Position numbers and translations under genes: made by a program
Notes under the pieces: model-generated
What the model saw: the letters and a program-made list of their open reading frames with translations, nothing else
What the model was told of the DNA's origin: nothing
Databases searched by the model: none
In this document: piece by piece, positions 40,192 to 52,317 of the stretch
Position numbering within the stretch: position 1 is the first letter of the stretch
Layout: each line of letters begins with the position of its first letter
Source of the DNA: Octopus sinensis
Lineage: Eukaryota
DNA: 64,000 nt
Direction: 5' to 3'
NCBI RefSeq assembly: GCF_006345805.1
Contig: NC_043021.1
Coordinates: 12,152,001-12,216,000, forward strand

Positions 40192-41434
40192 TACTTTATA
40201 TATTATTGAGAAGTACTTCAGAAATTTGACCGACTGCCATCGTTTTCTCAGTTTTCGATATTTCTAGAAAGCTTTACTGAATTTGCCATGTCTGTCCCAC
40301 CTGTAACATGCTTAAAACCATTAATCTCCTTTCGTAATATTTCTTCATCATTATTATTATTAGTATTAATAATTTCCTTTCATTAACGTAAATCTGTTAT
40401 TCACTCTAACATCAAACCCCGAATTATATATAACAAACCCCATCTTCTCTAAAATAATATATATGGGTCAAGCGAAATGAAATGTTTATTTCTGATTTCT
40501 ATGGCAACAAAATGGATAAATAAATATCTATTCTTTTACTTGTTTCAGTCATTTGACTGCCTCCATGTTGGAGCACTGCCTTGAAGGGTTTTTAGTTGAA
40601 CAAATCAAGCCCCCAGAACTTATTTCTTAAGCCTACTACTTTATTCTATCGATCGCTTTTACCGAGCCGCTAGCACACCAATGCCGGTTGTCAAGCGGTG
40701 ATGGAGAGACAAAGATATACTCATACACACACACACGACGGGCGTATGTTTTTTTTTTTTAAATTATAACCATGCCGTCGCAGATTTTTTTTATGCTTTC
40801 CTCAATTTTTCATTATGAAATTATGTGTGTGTATAAGTTATATATATATATGCATACATAGGAGATAGGGGTACGTTACGCCGCAATAATATATGTATAG
40901 AAATTAAATATAAATTATAAATTACAAAGTGGGACTAGAACGCAAAAACCCCGACTGAAGATTAGAGGCTTCGAGTGACCCGTCTGTTTTTTTGTGTCGT
41001 CTCTTTGTGTGTTTTTGCGTTCTTGTCCCACTTTGTAATTTATATTTAATTTCTATACGTATATATATATGCATGTATGTATGTATGTATATAAAACTTT
41101 AAAAATAAAAGGATGTGTATATATATATAATACATGTGCGCGCTTGTAAATATGTGTATGAATGTCTCTCTTTCATTTTGTTTCAGCTCACGAGCTGTGG
41201 CCATGCTGGGGCACCGCCATTAAAATGTTTCGTGGCAGCCTCCGGATGCCAAAACCCATCTGTGTAAATAGTATATTTGCATGTATACGTATATTTATGT
41301 ATATATGTATGCATGTATGTGTGTATGAATATATGTATATATATTTGTGTGTGTATGAATGTATGTATGTATATATATATATACTTTATTTAAAGCAGCA
41401 GAAAATTCAACAAAACCTGTTACTCTAGCAAAAA

Positions 41435-41472
41435 CTGTCCGATGAACGGCAACGGGAAACTCAGAGTAACAG
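41435..41472 (+). ncRNA. Minimal type I hammerhead-like motif (CCGATGA core variant), sense to INO80B intron 1
   Basis: Stem I CTGT/ACAG, core CCGATGA, stem II ACG-GCAA-CGG (GNRA loop, closing mismatch), GAAA, stem III CTC-A-GAG-T, H17 = A (41468). Confidence 0.55.
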
Positions 41473-41665
41473 GTTTTGTTGAATTTTCTGCTGCTTTAAA
41501 TAAAGCATATTACTCTACCACTGGTATTTGAGTACTCTTTTTTCCACCTTGTTTCACATTTATGTGTTTACTCCGGTATATATATACATATATATATAAT
41601 GTATGTGTATATATATATATGTGTGTGTATGTATGTGTATATATATATATATATGTGTGTATGTG

Positions 41666-41696
<31 letters not shown>

Positions 41697-43009
41697 ATGT
41701 GTATATATATATGTGTGTGTGTATATATATATATGTGTGTGTGTATGTATGTGTATATATATATATGTGTGTGTATGTATATATATATGTGTGTGTATGT
41801 ATGTATATATATATATGTGTGTGTGTATGTATGTGTATATATATGGATATGTTTGTCTCTTGTAAAGAAGTGCTGATTTTAACAGATGAATCTTATCTTC
41901 GTTTTGTTGTCAACCTGTTGAACTTTGTTGCCATAGAACTAAAACAATATATATATAAAAAAAAGAAGCAAATGTAAAACAAATAAACTTAAATCGTTCC
42001 CGCAAATTAATTTTTTTTTTAATAAAAAAAAACAAACCCACACATATTCTACAACCGGGGGCAGAGCAGACACCAGGTAACCACCTTTCACTTTGTGCCC
42101 AAAATATTTCTAAAATTGCCATCAGCTTTTATATTTTTTGACAGACAAAACATCCTAATTTGCTGCCAACTTCTACTTATTTTTCTATGATTTTATTGAC
42201 ATCCATTTCTGTATCTGAGCCGTTGTTCAATTTAAGGCTCAGCTCTGAGCTTTAACAAACATTAAACCCTTGGGACAGTTGGGGGTTTTGATGTAATTTT
42301 ATCATTACAATTTCTGTTTTTGATTTGTCCCAGTTTTTATCACGTCTACGCATATAAAAAACAAATTATCTATCTAGTCGCTTAATTATATTGTTTATCA
42401 TAAATGGGACTTATTTTTATTTAATGAAACTTATAGAAGATTACTGAAGGCTTCTTGTATTAATTTTTGCCTTTTTCTTTCTGTTACAAATCTTTTCTGT
42501 TCAATGGCAAGTTTAATCCCAGGCCAGCCGTGACTAAGAAGACCCTATGATCATCAAAAGGCATGAGAGGGACGAGTTAGGTTGTCCTGTTAAGGCCTGA
42601 CCAAATTACTTCGACCTGTCCTTATTTAAGGAAACGTAGGGTTATGACTTAAGGGAAAATTGGTTGCTATTTCTAACCGCTTGAGCAAGCAACCGCGCAA
42701 TTGTTCCTTCGTTGGTTCTTCTGGGATGTTTCAATGACACATGAAGAATTGGAAATGCTGCCGTTTTTCTTAAATAAATTTTCTGGAGGCCAAAAATGAA
42801 ATTACAAATGCAAAACCGTCATATGAATATATTTGTATGGTTACGTCTTCCATCGTCGCTTATATTTATTTCGTCACCATTTGATTAGAAAACATTCTCG
42901 AGGAAACCTCGACAAATGGTACCATAGGCCTAGCGCTTTCTGGAAGGTTTAAAACACAGTGACATTTTCCATTTTCTTATTTTAAGCTGGAAATGTCATT
43001 CCACATGCA

Positions 43010-43527
43010 AACAACTATATGTATGTATATTATATATATGTATATTATATATATGTATATATATATGTGTATATATATGTATATATATATATATTATATA
43101 TATATATATGTATATATATGTATATATATATATATATATATAATATATATATATATATGTATATATATGTATATATATTATGTGTATATATATGTATATA
43201 TATTATGTGTATATATATGTATATATATTATGTGTATATATATGTATGTATATTATGTGTATATATATGTATGTATATTATGTGTATATATATGTATGTA
43301 TATTATGTGTATATATATATGTATGTATATTATGTGCATATATATATATGTATGTATATTATGTGTATATATATATGTATGTATATTATGTGTATATATG
43401 TATGTATGTATATTATGTGTATATATAAATATATATGTACGTATATTGTATATATATATATGTACGTATATTATGTGTATATATATGTATGTATATTATG
43501 TGCATATATATATATATGTATGTATAT

Positions 43528-43588
<61 letters not shown>

Positions 43589-43590
43589 GC
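43010..43590. repeat. TA/TG-rich minisatellite of about 22-26 bp ending in pure (TA)n
   Basis: Repeated TATTATGTGTATATATATGTATGTA units. Confidence 0.95.
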
Positions 43591-44019
43591 ACCTAGTTAT
43601 TATTTTTCTAATTGAAAACCTAAAAAGGAAGAAAATAAAATTGTCACTTTTGACTTTCTCACAATGCTAAAATAATGTCAATAGACATTCGTTTTATTTA
43701 TAAAGAAGTGAAAGAATATTGCTTCGGGTTTATTCTGCAGTTAAAGCCATGTTTTATGCCTAGGAATTATGCCATTGTCTTATCTGGTTTTTTGGTTTTG
43801 TTCATTCTTCCACTTCCACCTGTCTGGAATTTCCAGATATTGGGTGCTTCTCACACCTGATATATTTGTTGGCAGCAAAAGAGAAGAATCATTGAGAAAG
43901 GAGAGAAAAAAAATGAGAGACATGACACCTCTCTCTCTCTCTCCTATATCGTGTGTATATAAATGTTTGCTTGTGCGTATACGCACGCACACATTGTGTA
44001 TACATGTGTGTATAAATAA

Positions 44020-44700
44020 ATAAATGGTACTTATATATATATATTTGTGTCTATATATTAATGTGTGCACATTCTACACGCTTCTACATGTGTGTATAAA
44101 TATATATATATATATATTTGTGTCTATATATGAATGTGTGCACATGTGCTTCTTTGTATGTTTACATAATTCTACACGCTTCTACATGTGTGTATAAATA
44201 AATATATATATATATATATATTTGTGTGTATATATGAATGTGTGCACATGTGCTTCTTTGTATGTTTACATAATTCTACACGCTTCTACATGTGTGTATA
44301 AATAAATATATATATATATATATATATATATTTGTGTGTATATATGAATGTGTGCACATGTGCTTCATTGTATGTTTACATAATTCTACACGCTTCTACA
44401 TGTGTGTATAAATAAATATATATATATTTGTGTCTATATATGAATGTGTGCACATGTGCTTCATTGTATGTTTACATAATTCTACATGCTTCTACATGTG
44501 TGTATAAATAAATATATATATATATATATTTGTGTCTATATATGAATGTGTGCACATGTGCTTCTTTGTATGTTTACATAATTCTACACGCAAACATTCT
44601 ACACGCTTCCACATCTGTGTATAAATAAATATATATATATTTGTGTCTATATATGAATGTGTGCACATGTGCTTCTTTGTATGTGTACATAATTCTACAC
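44020..44700. repeat. Minisatellite of about 100 bp (about 6-7 units) with an embedded variable (TA)n tract
   Basis: ATTCTACA(C/T)GC recurs at 44071, 44169, 44273, 44383, 44479, 44581, 44596 and 44692. Confidence 0.9.
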
Positions 44701-45254
44701 GCTTTCTCCTTCTATGCTTCTCTTCATCTCAACTATTATATAGTATTTGCTGTTTTATCTCCTCCATAACTCTATCTGATCATTATTTAATTAATTGGAC
44801 ATATTAATTCTATACAAATATTTATTTAAGGCCAGCGTGTTGAACACTTCTCAAATTCTTATCTTTGTTTTTATTAGTCTCTTATCTTCATACAAGAAAT
44901 TATTTTTATCATTAAAAGTAAAAAAAAAAGTCATTTATATTTGTGTTTTTAGTAGCCATTACATACATCTTCATTAAAACATTTTTTAAAAAACTAATAA
45001 TATTTATTTCTCTTTGAAAATCATTTGCTTTTAATTTGCTAAAATAATCCCGTTTCCCTTATTAGTAAAAAAAAAAAAAAGTGAAAAGACCCCCCCCCAA
45101 AAAAAAAATTAAGAGCCAAAGGAAAATGAAATCTGCAAAATAATTTTTCAAGTGTTTCTTTGGAAGAAAAATGTTTATTCCAAATCCTTTTAATTATTCC
45201 GTGTGTGTGTGTGCGTGCATGCGATATAAACATATTTGTGTGTATATATATAAT

Positions 45255-45281
45255 CATTTATATATATATATATATATATAC

Positions 45282-45325
<44 letters not shown>

Positions 45326-45386
45326 TGTGTATATAATATATATATATTATATATACATGTGTGTATATATATATATATATATATAC

Positions 45387-45455
<69 letters not shown>

Positions 45456-45655
45456 GTGTGTATATATATATATATATATACATGTGGTATATATATATAT
45501 ATATACATGTGTGTATATATATATAATACATGTGTATATATATATATATGTGTATGTGTATATATATATATACATGTGTGTGTATATATATAATATGTGT
45601 ATATATATATATATATATACATGTGTGTATATATATATATATACATGTTGTGTGT

Positions 45656-45689
<34 letters not shown>

Positions 45690-45984
45690 TATTATATATA
45701 CATGTGTGTGTATATATATATATAATATATACATGTGTGTATTATATATATATGTGTGTGTGTATATATATATATGTGTGTGTATATATATATGTGTGGT
45801 GTATATATATATGTGTGTGTGTATATATATATATTGTGTATATATATATATATATATATATATACATGTGTGGTATATATATATATATATACATGTTGTA
45901 TATATATATATTATATATATATATATGTGTGTGTATATATATATATATGTGTGTGTATATATAGTGGTGTGTGTAATATATATA

Positions 45985-46016
<32 letters not shown>

Positions 46017-46120
46017 CATGTGTATATATATATATATATATATATACATGTGTGTATATATATATATTTATGTGTGTATATATATGTATGTGTATATATA
46101 TATATGTATGTATGTATATA
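45255..46120. repeat. Long compound (TA)n/(CATGTGTG) microsatellite
   Basis: Direct inspection. Confidence 0.95.
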
Positions 46121-47083
46121 ATCATTTAATTATTTCTAAGTAAACAGCAAAAAGGTAACAAAATCATTAAATAATTTTAAAATAACTTTAGAAAAATATT
46201 TAAGCACTTTGTTTTAAAACTCTTCAATTATTCGCCTTGTGATTTTAAAATTAATAATCATTTAATTTACAAGTAGACCGTAAAAATTAAGAAAAATAAA
46301 GAAATCAGTATATAATTTGTAAATTATCTTTCGAAAAGAAAAAAACAAAATGAATAAATTATTCATTTTGAAGACATATATATATATATATATATCTTTG
46401 TATATATATTTTAAAATCATTTAATGATTTGAGTAAACAAGCAGTAAAATAAAATAAAATCTGTATATGTTTCTTTAAAAATAATTCTAAAGCTCTTCAA
46501 TTGCACGGTTTGTAGTTTTTTAATAAATCATTTATTTTTAAGTAAACACTACTATAGAAAAATCTGTAAATATTTTGAAAAATCATTTTATAAAAACGGC
46601 TTTAAAACCCTTCAAATTATTTGGTCAGTGTTGCTTTTGACAAGCCATTTAATTATTTTTTAAAGTAAACAGTAATATTGGAAAAATATCTGTTTTAAAA
46701 CCCTTCTATTATTTTGTCTGTATGTTTCTTTTCCGATTATTTATTTTTTAAAGCAAACAGTAAAGTAGAAAAAAATGTGAATCTTTTCTGTTGCTGTCAC
46801 AGTTTTTGAAATTTTAAAATTAAGTGGAAATCTTCCAGTTTGGTATATAGATGTAATTTTTCATGCTGAATCTGATTTTGTTATTCATTTGTTCCACAAA
46901 TATGTTACACAGTCTGTGTAGTAAGTAGCTTGCTTACGAACCACATGGTTCTGGGTTCAGTCCCACTGCGTGGCACCTTGGGCAAGTGTTTTCTACTATA
47001 GCCTCAGGCCGACCAAAGCCTTGTGAGTGGATTTGGTAGACGGAAACTGAAAGAAGCCCGTCGTGTATATGTATGTATGTATG

Positions 47084-47123
<40 letters not shown>

Positions 47124-47453
47124 CTGATGAAGCCTTCTGGCTTCACAGACCCCAGTAGAACCGTCCAACCCATGCTAGCATGGAAAACGGACGCTAAACG
47201 ATGATGATGATGATATATATGTGTGTGTCTGTGTTTGTCCCCCCCAACATCGCTTGACAACCGATGCTGGTGTGTTAACTTCCCTGTAATTTAGCTGTTT
47301 GGCAAAAGAGACCGGTTGCATAAGTACTAGGCTTACAAAGAATAAGTCTTGGGGTCGATTTGCTCGACTAAAAGCTGTGCTCCAGCATGGCTACAGTCAC
47401 ATGACTGAAAGAAGTAAAAGAGTAAAGAGAAAGAGTAAAAGAGGTTTAAATAC

Positions 47454-48570
47454 GATCATTTTAACCCAATCAAAAAAAAAAAAAGAATTTGGAAGCTGGT
47501 ATTTTGTGCATGGTAGCTGTAAGAAGTATTAATGAATTCTAATAAATAAAGTCATGTGAAATGTTCGAACAGGCATGTCAACAAAAGAAAAAATCTGAAT
47601 GATCTTTTTTTATTCATTTTCCAAAAAATTACAAATTGTAGTTCAGTTCATGTAAGCAATTAAAACACTTTTTGTAGCAAAAATAAAAAAAAACGGAAGT
47701 TTGAGATATACTCAAGGAGTTACTTCTCAAACAAATCTGGAGTGTCGTAATTCTGACAAGGCACCACGTAAAGAAAAATATGTCTGGTCTTGCAACACTT
47801 CTCTGAAAACCCACTGCTCAGCTATCCTCAGTTGTATTGATGTCTTGTAAAGACTGTTCCATCTATCTCAGCAATCTTCTCAGGACTGCCTATCTGAAAC
47901 CGGGTTGCAGAGGAGGTCCCTTGCACATATTTCATGAACATAGCTATTGTAATCAACAGCTGTGCAGTGGCTTGTCCCCAGTTCTTCAACACGGAACCAG
48001 ACTGAAGTCAATTCTTTGACCCATGAGTAAAGGGGAAAAAAAGTAGCACAGCCCTAAGAATAAGGGTGCCACCTTCCAACCATGTATCTTTTCTGACTGA
48101 CCACACTCTCGTTGCATCCTTTTCGGGGGCACCACCTGTAATTTTCTTGTGAAGCATCTTCTTGTTCATGTATGTAATTTTCTTTTAGGGACAACATCCT
48201 TCTCTCACAAGTAAGAAACCGCATCCTCCTTGGTTTTCAATTTCTCCATCATATTCAAAAGGATAATTGAGTTGGCTGTGTTCATATTTCTATTTTGGTT
48301 GAAAACACTGTTCAAAATTATGAAAATGGGATAGTGAGAGGACAGCAACTGAAAATATTTGTTTCACAAAAACAAAAAAAAAAGAAAAGAAACAGGTGGA
48401 AATGACAAAAATGAATTAGTACAAATATTCAGAAAATAGGCACACATCAAAGAAAATAGACAAGTAAAGACAATACACATGGTTGTTGTTTTAAGCAGGC
48501 TATACTTCGTTTCGTTACTATGGAAACAGACACCAATATGTCTGCGGTTTTTGATTGGGTAAAAATTACC
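47454..48570 (-). pseudogene. Decayed Merlin (IS1595/IS1016-like DDE) transposon with short TIRs
   Basis: Frameshifted minus-strand peptides about 48290-47700: KTKEDAVSYL*EKDVV; WCPRKGCNE..SVRKDTWLEG; YSWVKE...AVDYNSYVHEIC; IGSPEKIAEIDGTVFTRHQYN*G; EQWVFREV...FLYVVP (Merlin motif IGGxGxIVEIDESxFxxRKYNRG...QWVFG). Imperfect TIRs GGTAATTTTTACCCAATCAAAA (right end) and GATCATTTTAACCCAATCAAAA (left end). Confidence 0.8.
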
Positions 48571-49081
48571 CAAAATTTGCAAACTTTAAAAGCTATTAAC
48601 TTTTTATTTATTAGTTTATTGCCAAAATGAATTTCATTTCCATAATTAGCATACAAAACTATATTGGTATGCCAAATTTGAAAACAATTGGAATTAAATT
48701 AACAGAAAAGATCAAAACATGTGTAAATAATTTTAAAATCTCTTTTTGAAAAAAAAATCAATAAACATATATATTTCAAATCCTTGAATCATTCAGTTTG
48801 TATTTTTTAAATCAATTTTTTAAGTAAGCAGTAAAATAGAAAAAATTATTTTAAGACCACTTTAAAAAAAATATTTTGAGACATTTCAATCATTACTTTT
48901 ATATTTTTTTTTTAATGAAGTAATTTGTTTTTGAAGTAAATAGTGAAACAAAAAAAGGAATATTTATTTCAAAAACCCTTTGATCATTTGGTTTGTATTC
49001 CCTTTTTTTTTTTTGAAAAATGTTTCTATTCTTTTTTAATTCATTTTTCTATTTCTTTCTGTTTTTTTTTTTTCCTTCAAG

Positions 49082-49247
49082 ACTCTCCGATCAGCCACAA
49101 AAAACATAAAAAACACAAAAAGAAACACAAAAGGCGCAAAGAAGATTTGCTTTCTGAGCCCCATTTGCCTGCTGCTGCTGTGTCGGACAGCAAGCCATCG
49201 ATCAAACTGAGGATTCGTCTTGGAGGGGAAACTTTATCTTCCAAAAA
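49082..49247 (+). CDS. INO80B: INO80B coding exon 2 (DSPISHKKHKKHKKKHKRRKE...KPSIKLRIRLGGETLSSK)
   Basis: Long polypyrimidine tract + caag acceptor, donor gttagt. The HKKHKKHKKKHK and KPxLKLKIKLGG motifs are characteristic of INO80B. Confidence 0.92.
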
Positions 49248-50519
49248 GTTAGTTTCATTTTCATTTCCCCCTTTTTACACAGTCTTTTCTTTACCTTATA
49301 TCTGTTCATCAGCTTCTATCCAACCCCTTTTTTTTACTCTCTACCCCCCTTTTTTAACCTACCACCCATTTTTTTTTTTACCTTTTATCCAATTTTTTTT
49401 AAACTTCTGCCCAGCTTTTGGCAATCCTTCAGCATTCGTAGACGATTTCATTCATCCTCGCCTCTTTATATATGTCACAATGAAACGTTATGTGGGTGAA
49501 TGACATCTACAGATACTAAAGGATTGCCCAGCTTTTTTTTTATATCTTCTACCCAGTTTTTGTCTTACCTTCTATTTGTAGCATTCAAATTATTCTGTCC
49601 AATGTAACGCTTATTTATTCACATAGTTTTGAATTAACCATGCATTATCTCATAGTCTCAAAGTTTCAATGAATATGATTGCTTATTTTTAGAACGACAT
49701 TGTAGGGTATGTCTGAGAGACCAAATCTGACAGGCTTGAACATAAAACAGGTACAATGTTTTGGCCAGATATGACCTGTTTAAATGCAAAAGAGTTAAAA
49801 ATGCCTCTCCTTTCCTTTCACTTTCCTTACATCTACACAAAAATCTTAAATTCCCTATTTTCATTTTTACATGAAATATAAAAAAAAAATACTACCTTGA
49901 AAGACGTCATCTATATTATTTAGCTCTCTCTCCAACCCCCCATCATTTAGTGGGAATTGGTGGGAATTCTCCAGTTGCTTAGACTGGCTGAACTTTTTTC
50001 AACACCTGACTATCACCCTCTAATTTTACTTCTTTCTTCTATATAGTTTGCCGTTTCCACTCATTTGGGACCTAAATATTTTAATTCAAATTTTGTTAAA
50101 CGTAGAATTTAAGTAACTCTGATTTGGACTGTGTCTGTTGCATTGCTGTTGTTGTTTAGTTCTTTGGTCAGTACTGAACAAAGGCATTCATGTCATGAAC
50201 ATCCTTTTTATGTAGGTAGTGGTATGGGGTTGTAATTTACAAATACATTATTTGAAGCCACCTCTCCTCTCTCTCATCTCTCATTTTTAAAACAGTGGGA
50301 TAGGATTTGAAGGCAATTTAGCTGCTATTTCTAGGAAGTCATGTGACCATACAGTGTTCCTCGTTGAATGTAGGTTTTAAACAATTATTTTCATTTTTTT
50401 TTTTACTTCACCTCCAAATATGCATTCTTATATATAGTTGTATGTATGTGTCTGTGTCTTTGTGTATGGCATATGAAAATAGTCTTTGTGTATGGCATAT
50501 GTGCAGATGCTATAAGTAC

Positions 50520-50860
50520 TGAAAATGTGTAGACATAAATAGGCTCCCTCAAATGCTCTGGAGGGATCATTAGAAGTAGTAAATAGCTTCCGTTACCTAG
50601 ACAACAAAGTTAGCAGTGGATGAGGAACTTCTGAAAATGTAGTTGCTAGAATAAGAATGAGCTGGGTAAAGTTCAGAAGGCTTCTACCTTTGTTGGTAAC
50701 TAAGGGCCTCTCCCTTAGAGTGAAACACAGATTGTATGATGTCTGTGTACGTACGGCAGTGAAACATAGGTTATGAGTGCAGAGGACTTGCAAAGGCTTG
50801 AAAGAAATGAAGTTTGCATGCTCTGCAAGATGGGTAATGTCAGTGTGCACACATGGCAAA
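50520..50860 (+). mobile_element. RTE-clade RT thumb fragment
   Basis: SLEVVNSFRYLDNKVSSG*GTSENVVARIRMSWVKFRRLLPLLVTKGLSLRVKHRLYDVCVR. Confidence 0.85.
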
Positions 50861-50975
50861 GTGCCTGTGGACATACTAACCCCAAGATTCCGAGTTCGAT
50901 TCCAGGCAGTGACCTAAATAATAATAATAATAACATCAAAATGAGGAATAAGACCCAGGTTTGAAATTTCCCCAA

Positions 50976-51021
50976 GACACCTGATGAAGGCTGGATGGTA
51001 TATCAGCCGAAACATTGTGTT
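50976..51021 (+). ncRNA. Minimal type I hammerhead motif, sense to INO80B intron 2
   Basis: Stem I GACAC/GTGTT, core CTGATGA plus an extra A, stem II GGCTG/CAGCC, then GAAA-C-A-T-T. One G-to-A change from the palindromic ACGT stem III typical of Penelope-type minimal hammerheads. Confidence 0.65.
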
Positions 51022-51474
51022 AACAACAAACAAGATGAGGACAAATATCTGTCAAATGTAAATAATGTAAATAATTCCTCATCTCTTAAATATAGAACTG
51101 TATCGGATGTTGTGTGCAAGAGAGAAGATTGCGCTTGTTTGTTTATGTGATACATATGGATGAGGACTTATTCTTTGAAAGCTTAGTACTTATTCTATTG
51201 GCCTCTTTTGCCAAACCACTAAGTTACGGGGGACATAAACACACCAGCATCGGTTGTCAAGTGATGTTGGGGGGACAAACACAGACACACAAACACACAC
51301 ACGTATACGTATATATGACGGGCTTCATTCAGTTTCCATCTACCAAATCCACTCAAAGGCTTTGGTTGGCCGGGGTTATAGTAGAAGACACTTGCCCAAG
51401 GTGCCACGCAGTGGGACTGAACCGGAACAATGTGGTTGGTAAGCAAGCTACTTACCACACAGCCACTCCTGTCC

Positions 51475-51550
51475 CTATATATATATATATATATATATAA
51501 TATTTATATATTATATATTTATATTATATATATATATATATATATATATC

Positions 51551-51582
<32 letters not shown>

Positions 51583-51639
51583 ATATATATATATATTATA
51601 TATATATATTTATATATATATATATATTTATATATATAT

Positions 51640-51676
<37 letters not shown>

Positions 51677-51680
51677 ATAT

Positions 51681-51745
<65 letters not shown>
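51475..51745. repeat. Interrupted (TA)n tract
   Basis: Direct inspection. Confidence 0.95.
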
Positions 51746-51748
<3 letters not shown>

Positions 51749-52317
51749 CAAAATAAGCAACAAGGATATCCAGAGGTAATGCAGTACGATCGTCTCATGC
51801 AACTCCATTTAATTGAACAATGCAATCATTACATCAATTTAAAATGTAGAGCAATCTTCAGCTGCACAAAAACATAGAATTTAATTAAATTAGAAGGGCA
51901 CATTAGTATAATTTTACTCCAAATCTCCAAGAGGATAAGGAGATAGACAAAGAACATGTTTTATCAACAACATCACAGTTGTAACTGAAATTTTTTCCAA
52001 AGAAGACACTGCTTTTCACTGATTATTTCTGTTATATAGTTTTAATTACAGAGGGGGTGGTCAGTTTTTTTTATAGGCTAGTTTATCAAATCTGAGAGAA
52101 GACAGAGGGTCGTATTAGTTTGGGGTGGAGTAGATAGACATTCTACCATGGCATAGTCATAAATCAAGATTTATTTGAAGCAATGTCGGGAGGTTTAGTA
52201 AGAGAATACTTCAAACAAGATGTTGGCTGCTATTAAGCAGACCAATGCTAATGGGACAGGGGAAATCATAGCATGTATTACTACAGTTAACTTCTATAAA
52301 ACAATGCTGCTATATCA

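Noticed and set aside
42993-46143. Long ORFs of YI/CV/HT repeats (e.g. 225 aa and 260 aa), and similar ORFs at 9.0-9.4, 13, 21.5 and 41.6 kb
   Set aside because: They are translations of TA/TG/CA microsatellites, which lack stop codons by composition.
47124-47150. CTGATGA-AGCC-TTCT-GGCT as a hammerhead
   Set aside because: There is no GAAA or stem III. It is a mutated piece of retroelement family D.
48943-49503. 186-aa ORF as a single-exon gene
   Set aside because: Only 49082-49247 is coding (INO80B exon 2). The flanks are polypyrimidine intron sequence. The same applies to ORFs 62233-62532 and 60129-60335.
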